Shown: piece after piece, positions 9,597 through 18,666 of the stretch
Numbering within the stretch: position 1 is the first letter of the stretch
How the letters are laid out: each line of letters opens with the position of its first letter
Source: a bacterium
Lineage (GTDB): Bacteria > Patescibacteriota > Saccharimonadia > CAILAD01 > GCA-016700035
Assembly: GCA_016700035.1 (NCBI GenBank)
Contig: CP064998.1
Location: 857,551 to 916,044, forward strand
DNA: 58,494 bases
Direction: 5' to 3'
The notes under the pieces: model-generated
Seen by the model: only the letters and a program-made list of their open reading frames with translations
Told to the model about the DNA's origin: nothing
The model's database searches: none
Made by a program: the position numbers and the translations under genes

Positions 9597-10808
9597 ATGG
9601 CACGCCCCACTTTAAAACGCAGTCTTGGCCTTTGGCTCATGGCATTATATGGCCTAGGCAATATTGTTGGGGCTGGAATTTATGTATTAATAGGTAAAGT
9701 TGCCGGTGAAGCTGGATATGGCACCGCCCTAGCCTTTGTTATTGCTAGTATAGTAGCTGGGCTGACAGCGCTTTCATATATGGAGCTGTCAGCTCGTTTC
9801 CCGGTTAGCGCCGGAGCCACAGCTTTTGTGCATGGTGCCTTCAATAAATCTAGTCTATCTCGAATAATCGGCATCTTAATGGTTGTCAGCGGTGTAGTCT
9901 CAACTGGGGTGTTAGCACGTGGGTTTGCCGGCTACACACAGTTAATTGTTCCCCTGCCAGAGCCAGTTCTTATTATTGTAGTTATTACGATTCTAACCTT
10001 GGTGGCAGTCAAAGGCATGAAGGAGTCGGCCACATTGGCGACTATTTTTACTTTTATTGAGCTCATTGGACTAGGTTTAATCATATGGTTTGGTAAGAGT
10101 TCCCTGGTTACTGGTCTGGCAAACCCAGCCCAAACCTTTGCGATTGACCCAAGGTTTGGGCTGGCTGGCGTGTTGGCTGGCGCTTTTCTAGCATTTTATG
10201 CATTTATTGGATTTGAAGATATGGTTAACGTGGCTGAGGAAGTAAAAAAGCCGGAACGCACTATGCCACTAGCTATAATAATCGCCCTAGTGACCGCCAC
10301 TATCTTATATATTGCTGTTGCGATTATTGCTACCAACACAATTAATCCAACTGAGCTGGCAAGCAGTGAAGCTCCTATGACCTTAGTTTTCTCAAGACTC
10401 ACCACGGCGCCCGCATTCATAATCACTATTATTGGTATATCAGCTGCCATTAATGGCGGTTTAGCTCATATCATCATGGGTTCACGCATGCTCTACGGTA
10501 TGGCCAAGCGTGGCTGGATACGCGAAGAGCTTGCAAAGGTCCACGCCGACACTCGCACCCCTGTTGTCGCCACTCTAGTAATTGCCATTACAACCACCAT
10601 AATTGCTATTTTTATGCCACTTGAAATGCTGGCTCGAGCCACAAGTCTAATAGTGCTGTGTATTTTTGTACTAGTTAATATCTCCCTATACATCATTAAG
10701 GGTCACCCTCAAAAAAGACAATCTACACTTAAGGTTCCGCGCTGGATACCGTTAATGGGGGCGATTTGTAGCGCCTGCCTAATAGTTTTTGAAATTATTA
10801 ATGGCTAG
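9597..10808 (+). CDS. APC-superfamily amino acid permease
   Basis: 403 aa with ~11-12 TM helices. N-terminal GNIVGAGIYVLIG motif typical of amino acid/polyamine permeases. Confidence 0.85.
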   Translation: MARPTLKRSLGLWLMALYGLGNIVGAGIYVLIGKVAGEAGYGTALAFVIASIVAGLTALSYMELSARFPVSAGATAFVHGAFNKSSLSRIIGILMVVSGVVSTGVLARGFAGYTQLIVPLPEPVLIIVVITILTLVAVKGMKESATLATIFTFIELIGLGLIIWFGKSSLVTGLANPAQTFAIDPRFGLAGVLAGAFLAFYAFIGFEDMVNVAEEVKKPERTMPLAIIIALVTATILYIAVAIIATNTINPTELASSEAPMTLVFSRLTTAPAFIITIIGISAAINGGLAHIIMGSRMLYGMAKRGWIREELAKVHADTRTPVVATLVIAITTTIIAIFMPLEMLARATSLIVLCIFVLVNISLYIIKGHPQKRQSTLKVPRWIPLMGAICSACLIVFEIING

Positions 10809-10987
10809 CCAAAAATATAGAAGAGCGCAAACACAAACGTACTCATAATTGTAAAGAGAACCAAAATTACAATCATCAGCGTGCGATGTTCTTGTGGAAA
10901 ATCTGGCTCGATAGCAGTATCTTCATTGTGATGCTTGCGCTGAACCTGCTGGGCGTGCTCATGTTTAGCGTGTGATTTTTTACTCAT
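10805..10987 (-). CDS. small tail-anchored membrane protein (hypothetical)
   Basis: 60-aa ORF directly downstream of the helicase gene. His/Lys-rich N-terminus and a single C-terminal TM. Confidence 0.35.
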   Translation of the reverse strand: MSKKSHAKHEHAQQVQRKHHNEDTAIEPDFPQEHRTLMIVILVLFTIMSTFVFALFYIFG

Positions 10988-11000
10988 ACACCTGATAGTA

Positions 11001-12536
11001 TCACTTGTGCGCTAAAAGTGCATCATCGCCATAGAATTTTTTTATCCTAGCCCGTACTCCACCGGGCTGTCGGCCCAATGTTTGACTCATCTGGGCTACA
11101 CTCATCTGAGCATCATACATACGCCTCAATTCTGCGTCATCAGCTTGTTTCCATGGAGTAAATGCGCGTGGATACTCTTCTCTCATCTTCGCTAATCGCT
11201 CTCCCCAACTCGTAGTCGGTTTTTGAGCCTTACTATTTTCTTCAACACTAACTGCTCTTTGCGCTGCAGAAGCTTTTAAATGACTAAACCGCCCCTCATC
11301 GGCATGCGACTGCTGGCGTAATACACCATCTATTTGCACTGCATCTGAGCTGACGCGAATCGCCATGTTATTGATACCCACCAAACTCAGAGTTCCCAAG
11401 CTTCTTACCCGAGAAAGCGCCACATAACCCATACCTTCAACAAAGGCTCGGCGTAAATCTATCCGCGCTGCATCAAGCGTCATACCCTGACTCTTATGGA
11501 CTGTAATTGCCCAGGCCAGACGCAGCGGTATTTGAGAAATTGACGCGCGCTTTTTATCGCCATCCCGCAATTCCCAGGTAGCCGGCTCAATGGTAATTTT
11601 ACGACCATCCAAAAGTTCAACCCGCGGATAATTCGTCTCATCTTCAAAGCCTGTCACCACCCCTAAAGATCCATTAACATACTTTTTATCTGGACTATTA
11701 CGAATACACATCACCAGAGCACCTTCTTTAAGCTCCAGATCTTCAACCGCCAAACACGAACGCTTTAGAGTATCGAGATAATTTGATTTACCAGTCGTTT
11801 GCATAGCATAGTGTTGCGATTCACTTTTCAGCTCAGCTAATTTACGGCTATTCAAACTATCCACATCAACATTGGTTGTGTGTAGCTCTGTAACCTCCTG
11901 ACCATAACCCAACTCAGCATCCTTCTGTTCCAAAAGCCGTTCAACATGATGCCGACGCACATCACCAGCCCGCATAGCGTTTAATATATCCAAAAAACTA
12001 TCATCATTCTGGCGATGCTGTTCATCAAGATAGCAAATCACCGGACTGAGTTGATGCCATGATTTTGCATGCACCACAAATCCACCCTCACGCTCGCCGT
12101 CGCGATTAATCGGTGGCAACTGAAAAAAATCACCACACAAGACTATCTGCAAGCCTCCAAAAGGCTCGTCTCTACCTCGTACTTGACGGGTAATCTCATC
12201 AACCAAATCCAACCGGTAATCATGTAGCATAGAAATTTCATCAATCACTAGCACATCGGCTGATTCTATCAGGTCTTTACGAGACTGCGCTAAAGAATCG
12301 ATAAAACGTGGCGGCAAAACAGCATGGATACCCATACCACTCCAGGCATGAATAGTAGTGCCGCTCAAGTGCGTTGCGGCTAGCCCAGTCGTGGCAGTAA
12401 CTGCGACTGTCTTACCTTCACGTTTGGCGGTTTTGATAAACTTATTTAATACATAAGTTTTTCCCGACCCAGCCGCACCGGTTAATAAAACACTCTCACC
12501 AGAAAGCATAATTTCTAACGCTAAAGATTGATTCAT
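11001..12536 (-). CDS. PIF1/RecD-like SF1 DNA helicase
   Basis: Walker A GAAGSGKTY, Walker B VLVIDEISML, and the later SF1 motifs TVHKSQG and YVALSR. Confidence 0.85.
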   Translation of the reverse strand: MNQSLALEIMLSGESVLLTGAAGSGKTYVLNKFIKTAKREGKTVAVTATTGLAATHLSGTTIHAWSGMGIHAVLPPRFIDSLAQSRKDLIESADVLVIDEISMLHDYRLDLVDEITRQVRGRDEPFGGLQIVLCGDFFQLPPINRDGEREGGFVVHAKSWHQLSPVICYLDEQHRQNDDSFLDILNAMRAGDVRRHHVERLLEQKDAELGYGQEVTELHTTNVDVDSLNSRKLAELKSESQHYAMQTTGKSNYLDTLKRSCLAVEDLELKEGALVMCIRNSPDKKYVNGSLGVVTGFEDETNYPRVELLDGRKITIEPATWELRDGDKKRASISQIPLRLAWAITVHKSQGMTLDAARIDLRRAFVEGMGYVALSRVRSLGTLSLVGINNMAIRVSSDAVQIDGVLRQQSHADEGRFSHLKASAAQRAVSVEENSKAQKPTTSWGERLAKMREEYPRAFTPWKQADDAELRRMYDAQMSVAQMSQTLGRQPGGVRARIKKFYGDDALLAHK

Positions 12537-12564
12537 AGACCTCTAGTATACATATTAAAGTTGA

Positions 12565-13689
12565 CTATCGTGGAATGTAGTTAAAAAATACTCTTTTCCG
12601 AACAAGCACAAAAATTAAGCTTATAACACCAACATTAATAAATATGTTAAGCACAATCCCATACTTACCTGGCCACAACAATCCAACAGTAAACAATAAA
12701 ATACTGTGCACAATATAAGCATACAAAGAGTTTTGCCCCAACACAGTGATAGCTCGGCCTACTTTGGTCTTCTCATACAACCATGCAAATCGCTTAATTA
12801 CAAAATACATAGCAAAAAACCATACATAGAAAGTAATTAGACGACCAACACCTAGCCCTGGCTTATCAAAACCCGGAGATAGCCAAGTGTTCAGATCGAG
12901 AATCTTTTGCGCCGGTAACATCGAAAGCCATCCCCAGTTAGGATAATCTTTAATGTAGATCGACCCAATCACAAAAATATAGCTGGCTATAAATGTTAGC
13001 CCGGCCATTGCAATAACTACATTACGAACCCGCTTCTGAGTAATTTTTTGCAAGCCCCTAAACCAAGCATGGATCTGCTCAACATAAAACCCAAAAACTG
13101 CTCCACTAAAAAATAGTAGTTGCCAACTTAAATAAAAATTATGACTTCTCGTACCCCACAACCCCCAAACTCCAATCGAAATAATTAGCACTAGCCACCA
13201 ATATTTTTTTCTCAGTAACCAAATTGCAACTGGGCTGAAAAATAAGAAAATTGCATAATATTGCAAAAAATCAGCCCAGCCATAAACATATTGCAAGCTC
13301 AATGTTTCTTGCACAATTAAACTAACCGATGTTGATGTTGAGTAGCCTGGTTTTAACCCAACTTTATCGATAAAAACAAATGCAATTAATGTAAACAGTA
13401 GCGTTAATAGAACATTCCATATATATAATAGCGTAGCCCTGCCCCATAATTTTTTCATGACAGACAGCATTGGCTGTGACGCAGATCGTCTGCCGCGCAC
13501 CAGCCCTAAAAGAATACCGGAAAGAAAAAAGAACCCTTCAGCTGCTGATGCCCACAACAATCCTCGACCCGTAAATAGCTCAAAAAAACCCGGAAATTTC
13601 TGCAAATGATCCACTATAATCACGCACAAAAATATCCCCCGCATAAAATCGAGATGCAACAGACGAGATTTCTTATCAGAATTTTGCAT
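12565..13689 (-). CDS. OpgC-domain / acyltransferase-like membrane protein
   Basis: 374 aa with ~10 TM helices. The N-terminal LDFMRGIFLCVIIVDHL motif is typical of OpgC/acyltransferase-3-like proteins. Confidence 0.65.
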   Translation of the reverse strand: MQNSDKKSRLLHLDFMRGIFLCVIIVDHLQKFPGFFELFTGRGLLWASAAEGFFFLSGILLGLVRGRRSASQPMLSVMKKLWGRATLLYIWNVLLTLLFTLIAFVFIDKVGLKPGYSTSTSVSLIVQETLSLQYVYGWADFLQYYAIFLFFSPVAIWLLRKKYWWLVLIISIGVWGLWGTRSHNFYLSWQLLFFSGAVFGFYVEQIHAWFRGLQKITQKRVRNVVIAMAGLTFIASYIFVIGSIYIKDYPNWGWLSMLPAQKILDLNTWLSPGFDKPGLGVGRLITFYVWFFAMYFVIKRFAWLYEKTKVGRAITVLGQNSLYAYIVHSILLFTVGLLWPGKYGIVLNIFINVGVISLIFVLVRKRVFFNYIPR

Positions 13690-13860
13690 ATCTTTTAATT
13701 GTAGCGAAAAAATATAAAAAATTTATGCTATAAATCTATAAAATACTAAACTATTATGATAATTTATCCTGAAATCATATATTTAGATCAGTATTTTTGC
13801 ATAAACTTAAATCATAATCACTTCATCTACTAGCATAACTAAATATTGTATAATTAAAGT

Positions 13861-14172
13861 ATGACTACAAATACCATCTCTGGTGGCACTGTCCACGAGC
13901 TACCGACCGACCTAAAAGAAGCCCTGCTGAATGTGCCAAATGCCGTAAAAGCCTGGGAGAGCCTTACTCCCTTAGCTCGTAACGAATTTATTTGCTGGAA
14001 CATATCCGTCAAACAAGCTTCGACGCGCGCCAATCACATTAAGCGCACTATTGCTGAAATTCAAGAAGGCAAGCGCCGGCCGTGCTGTTGGATTGGCTGT
14101 ATTCACCGCACTGATAAAGAGATTAGTCCATCCATTAAAGGTATACTAGCAAAGCGCAAAATAAACCACTAA
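13861..14172 (+). CDS. YdeI/OmpD-associated family protein
   Basis: 103 aa. The pattern LPTDLKEAL...AWESLTPLARNEFICWNISVKQASTRANHIKRTI matches this family. Confidence 0.65.
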   Translation: MTTNTISGGTVHELPTDLKEALLNVPNAVKAWESLTPLARNEFICWNISVKQASTRANHIKRTIAEIQEGKRRPCCWIGCIHRTDKEISPSIKGILAKRKINH

Positions 14173-14634
14173 CTAAAAGCTAGCTATCTCGATCTTTTTC
14201 ATATCCATAAGCTTAGCAAATGCACCAGGTTTCTTCATTAACTCTTCCATGTTTGCTGGAACAATTTGCCAGCTCAACCCATACTTATCTTTGCACCAAC
14301 CACACTGCTCAGATTCCGGCACGGATGATAATTTGCCCCAGTAATAATCAATCTCAGCCTGATCTTTGCAATACACTGCAAAAGAAATTGCCTCGGTAAA
14401 TGAAAATTCTGGACCAGCATTTATAGCTGTAAAGCGCACACCCATTAACTCAAATTCAGCTGTAAGCAGACTTCCAGCCAGACCTTGCTGGAAGTCTGCC
14501 AAACCTTCCTCTTGAGCCTTGGGGTAATATTCGGTTGATATTATTCTTGAATCAGAAAAAGTATCTGTATAAAATTTTACTGCCTCTTCGGCATTTCCGT
14601 TAAACCATAGATTTGCGACAATTTTTTGTGCCAT
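14173..14634 (-). CDS. VOC/glyoxalase-superfamily protein (PhnB-like)
   Basis: 153 aa. N-terminus LWFNGNAEEAVKFYTDTF and internal CGWCKDKYGLSWQI are typical of the PhnB / 3-demethylubiquinone-methyltransferase-like fold. Confidence 0.75.
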   Translation of the reverse strand: MAQKIVANLWFNGNAEEAVKFYTDTFSDSRIISTEYYPKAQEEGLADFQQGLAGSLLTAEFELMGVRFTAINAGPEFSFTEAISFAVYCKDQAEIDYYWGKLSSVPESEQCGWCKDKYGLSWQIVPANMEELMKKPGAFAKLMDMKKIEIASF

Positions 14635-14717
14635 AATTTCCTCTCTTTATATAATGCGCCAATTATACCACTCCAGGGGTTAGGTCATTATATCTAAGAG
14701 GATAGCTTAACCGCCCA

Positions 14718-15359
14718 TTAAATACGTTCGGCCATCACCGTCAAGCGTTCATCATAGGAGCGAGTCTTTTCATCATACCTGCCGCTACAGGTTACAAGGT
14801 TAAGCTGGCTTGATACCTTTGGGTTTTGTGAAAACATAATACTAACCGAGTCCGCTACCGGCGCAGAACGCTTACCTATCACCCTATATTTAACTTCGCT
14901 ATCATTACCTAGTTGGACTAAAAATTGATCCCCCTCATTAAGTTTTTCCAGATCCTTAAACACCCCATCATTTTTACGCCCTGAAACATGTCCATCAATC
15001 AAGCTCAAGCCTTTTTGACCAGGCCGCACAGTATCCACAAACCAGCCCACCATATGCACATTGCTCGGTACCGCTACCTCTTTATTCTGATCTACTCCAA
15101 CTTTTTGAATAAAAGCATCAACTCCAATTGATGAGATAATTATCTTTTTAGGATCCTCTACTCCACCCTTCCACTGAAAGTTATCCGTAGGCTTTTTCTC
15201 ATCTGGATTTTCTGTAGAATACGTAACCACACCACCACTATCCACAAATGATGACTCAGATCTATAGTGAAATAATCCAGCTAGCAAAATAAGGCATACT
15301 ACCCCTCCCACTATTATTTTTTTAGACCCCAGCAATGTGCCTACCTTACGAATATTCAT
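14718..15359 (-). CDS. sortase (class E/F-like transpeptidase)
   Basis: N-terminal TM anchor, catalytic His in LIDGHVSG, Cys in LVTCSG, and a downstream Arg. It lies immediately downstream of a gene ending in a sorting signal. Confidence 0.85.
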   Translation of the reverse strand: MNIRKVGTLLGSKKIIVGGVVCLILLAGLFHYRSESSFVDSGGVVTYSTENPDEKKPTDNFQWKGGVEDPKKIIISSIGVDAFIQKVGVDQNKEVAVPSNVHMVGWFVDTVRPGQKGLSLIDGHVSGRKNDGVFKDLEKLNEGDQFLVQLGNDSEVKYRVIGKRSAPVADSVSIMFSQNPKVSSQLNLVTCSGRYDEKTRSYDERLTVMAERI

Positions 15360-16149
15360 CTATAACTATTATACACTCACGCCCCATACTCGAGACCCCT
15401 AGAATAATAGATATTTTAGTTTACCACATCTCTACTATATTGGGTTATGCTGGGTATCATTCTTTCACCGCACAAGATGAGTGAACATCACAGTTAGCTC
15501 ACTCCCCCTTTTTTTAAAACCCTATCCTCTTCTTCTCCTACTCCGTATCACTACAATGCTAGTGATACCAATGCTCAGTGCGGCTAGTATGCCTGCTAGG
15601 AGTTGGAGGGAATAAACATTCTCCCCCGTACTTGCTAATTGGTCATAGGTAGAGTTAGATACTGCTAGACCGATTGGGTCAGAGATAGTACCAGCTGTAG
15701 GATTAAGGTCTAGTTCACCATTGTCGATGATGGTATAGGTTAGGGTTAGAGCATGTTTACCATCGATGGTAGTTTCACTCACTACAGCATTAGCAGAAGT
15801 TGGTAAGTTAGTGTAGGTATTAGTACTAGGGTTATATTTTTTGGGTGTTACTTGGTTTGGGGTTAGATTAGTTATGAAGGTTAGGACTACTTGGTTAGAG
15901 CTTTGGTTAGTAGTAAAGCTAAAGTTTACTAGACCTAGTGGGTATTGGTTGTTAGGGTCTTGAGTTACTAGGCTAGATTCTGGGACTGTAGAGCTAGAGG
16001 TTATGTTAGTACCTGTGGGAGTAGAGATAGAGACTGGGCGGAGAGAGAAGGCTGAGATAGGGCTAGAGGGAGTGGTGAGGTTGGAGGTGTTGGAGGTTGG
16101 AGGAGTTGGAGGTTCTGGTGGGTCAACTACTTCTTGTTCTATGGTGCCG

Positions 16150-17790
16150 GTGTAGATGTTGCCAAAATGAGCTAATGCTACTAGCTTATCTCCAGCGCTA
16201 GAGCTAGCAACCGAAATCCACAGCCTACTACCAGCACTAGTTTGCTCAGTCCAGCTTGCGCCAGAATCGGTGGAGGTGTAGATGTAGCCGTTATTACTAT
16301 CTACAGCGGCTAGCTTAGTGCCATCACCCGAGCTGGCTATAGAGTACCAGCCTCGTTGACCAGCGCTAGTTTGTTCTGTCCAGCTGGCGCCAGAGTCAGT
16401 GGAGGTGTAGATGTAGCCGTTATTATTATCAACAGCTGCTAGCTTAGGGTGTTGTTAAGGGGTGGAGGTGTAGATGTAGCGTTATTAACACGCGAGCTTA
16501 GTGCCATCAGCCGAGCTGGTGATGGATTGCCAGTTTCGTTGACCAGCACTAGTTTGTTCTGTCCAGCTGGCGCCAGAGTCGGTGGAGGTGTAGATGTAGC
16601 CGTTATTATTATCAACAGCTGCTAGCTTAGTGCCATCAGCGGAGCTGATTATGGATGCCCAGGTTCTCCACCTTGCTGTCCGCGGGCGCCGGGGCCGGGG
16701 GGGGGGGAGGGGGGGCCCGTTTTTTCTACCGCCCCCCGCCCGCTGCCCCCCGCGGGGGCGGCCGGGGGGGCCCAGGTCCGTTGGCCAGAGCTAGTTTGCT
16801 CGGTCCAGGTGGCACCTGAGTCGGTGGAGGTGTAGATGTAGCCGTAGATTGATGCAGCTGCTAGCTTAGTGCCACTACTATCTGAAGTAACCGAATACCA
16901 CATTCTACTACCCATTACTGTTTGCTCAGTCCAGCTAACGCCGGAATTTGTTGAAGTATAGACCGAACCCATGGCAGCCACAGCGGCTAGCTTAGTGCCA
17001 TCAGCTGAGCTGATTATGGATGCCCAGGTTCGTTGGCCAGAGCTAGTTTGCTCGGTCCAACTGGCACCAGAGTCGGTGGAGGTGTAGATGTAGCCGTTAT
17101 TATTATCTACAGCTGCGAGCTTAGTGCCATCAGCCGAGCTGGTGATGGATTGCCAGTTTCGTTGACCAGCACTAGTTTGTTCTGTCCAGCTGGCACCGGA
17201 GTCAGTGGAGGTGTAGATGTAGCCGTTATCACCATCTACAGCGGCTAGCTTAGTGCTATCAGTGGAGCTGGTTATGGAGTTCCAGTTTCGTTGACCAGCA
17301 CTAGTTTGTTCTGTCCAGCTGGCGCCAGAGTCGGTGGAGGTGTAGATGTAGCCGTTATTATTATCAACAGCTGCTAGCTTAGTGCCATCAGCCGAGCTGG
17401 CGATGGACCGCCAGCTTCGTTGGCCAACACTAGATTGTTCTGTCCAGCTGGCGCCAGAGTCAGTGGAGGTGTAGATGTAGCCGTTATTATCTAGACCATC
17501 TACAGCCGCTAGCTTAGTGCCATCAGCCGAGCTGGTGATGGATTGCCAGGCTCGCTGGCCGGAGCTAGTTTGTTCTGTCCAGCTGGCACCGGAGTCGGTG
17601 GAGGTGTAGATGTAGCCGTTATCACCATCTACAGCGGCTAGCTTAGTGCCATCAGCTGAGCTGGTGATAGAGAACCAAAGTCGTTGACCAGCACTAGTTT
17701 GCTCTGTCCAGCTGGCACCAGAGTCGGTGGAGGTGTAGATGTAGCCAGTATTTATTGCTGCCATAGCTAGTTTAGTGCCGTCAGTGGAGC
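16150..17790 (-). repeat. in-frame tandem repeat array, 129-bp (43-aa) unit, ~12 copies
   Basis: The marker tc(g/a)gtggaggtgtagatgtagcc recurs at 17075, 17204, 17333, 17462, 17597 and 17726 (spacing 129, 129, 129, 135, 129). Long stretches are identical between units. Confidence 0.9.
16667..16779. other. 113-nt extremely GC-rich, homopolymer-rich insertion inside the repeat gene (probable sequence/assembly artefact)
   Basis: The block ...ccgcgggcgccggggccgggggggggggagggggggcccg...cgcgggggcggccggggggg sits between two copies of cccaggtYc. Removing one copy plus the block restores the normal repeat sequence gcccaggttcgttggccagag. Confidence 0.7.
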
Positions 17791-18180
17791 TGGCTATAGA
17801 CAATGAATATAGGGCATCTCCCACAATCCCATTACTACGCTTCTGCCATTGCCAATCACCCGGGGCAGCTTGAGCAATATGTGTTTCGGTTAGAATGGCA
17901 GTAGTCCAGACTACTGCTAGAGATAGGACTGATAATGTAAGGGCTAGTAGTAGCTTTTTATTAAATTTAGAACTAACAGTATGTAATTTATTGCGTGATA
18001 TCACTTGTTTTATACACCCTCTTAATACTCTTCTCTTATACTCTTTCTAGTATTGTAGCATAACCAGATTGGGTGTGAGGAGTGGGTTGGGTGTTTTTTT
18101 GAGGGTGCTTGATTTTGATGCTTTTGACATTGGAGAGATTTATAGAGGTTTGTGTTTATTAAGTAAATAATCCTCTAAGC

Positions 18181-18564
18181 CTACTTTGGACATTTAGTGC
18201 CTTCAAAGGCATATAAGCTCCAATCGCTTTTCACATTGCATTTATGCGACCTCTCAATAGCCCACTTAGTGATATCGCTAGTTACATCAATGTCGCTCGA
18301 CTGCCAATCAAGAAAATAGCGGACTTTGTTTTGTTTAATTAGCTCTTCTACTTTGGCTTTATTGACAATTTCATTATGGCCATCAAAACCGCCGAGGGCT
18401 AAGGCTGCCCGCCCGGTACTAAGCTGGATAACCGCACCATCAAAACTATTCTCGGTTGCGGCAATAAATGGATCGCCTTGAGTATTATCGTTAAGCAGTT
18501 TAAACAACTCCGCATCTGCCGTTGGCAATGGTGGGATTTGATAAAAAATATAAGCCCTAGGCAT
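18181..18564 (-). CDS. stand-alone fragment resembling the C-terminal extracytoplasmic domain of GT39 (ArnT/PMT-like) glycosyltransferases
   Basis: AALALGGFDGHNEIVNKAKVEELIKQNKVRYFL and ITKWAIERS resemble the C-terminal tail of GT39 enzymes. The ~400-aa TM domain is absent. The frame stays open upstream to 18636 (signal-like WLGVVFLVSGVSAKA) but has no canonical start there. Confidence 0.4.
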   Translation of the reverse strand: MPRAYIFYQIPPLPTADAELFKLLNDNTQGDPFIAATENSFDGAVIQLSTGRAALALGGFDGHNEIVNKAKVEELIKQNKVRYFLDWQSSDIDVTSDITKWAIERSHKCNVKSDWSLYAFEGTKCPK

Positions 18565-18666
18565 AGCGCTTGGTACATACCTGGAATAGGCTTGATTAAA
18601 AGTCGCCTTTGCCGATACGCCAGATACTAGAAATACTACTCCTAGCCATAATTATAGATATAATTT

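Larger units (their letters stand above)
15522..18004 (-). pseudogene. cell-wall-anchored Asp-box (BNR-like) repeat surface protein; reading frame broken twice in this assembly
   Basis: GTG start at 18004 with a signal peptide, then ~12 units of GYIYTSTDSGASWTEQTSxGQRxWxSIxSSADGTKLAAV (SxDxGxxW Asp-box). The same repeats and frame logic continue below the stop at 16649, and a start-less open frame runs from 16454 to 15522. That frame encodes a Pro/Thr linker, a pre-anchor beta-sandwich-like domain and QLASTGE followed by a hydrophobic helix and RSRRRRG. Confidence 0.75.

Noticed and set aside
16150-17790. A regular 129-bp repeat array might be taken for a CRISPR array
   Set aside because: The units are contiguous with no unique spacers, are in frame, and encode an Asp-box protein repeat. 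There are no cas genes in the window.
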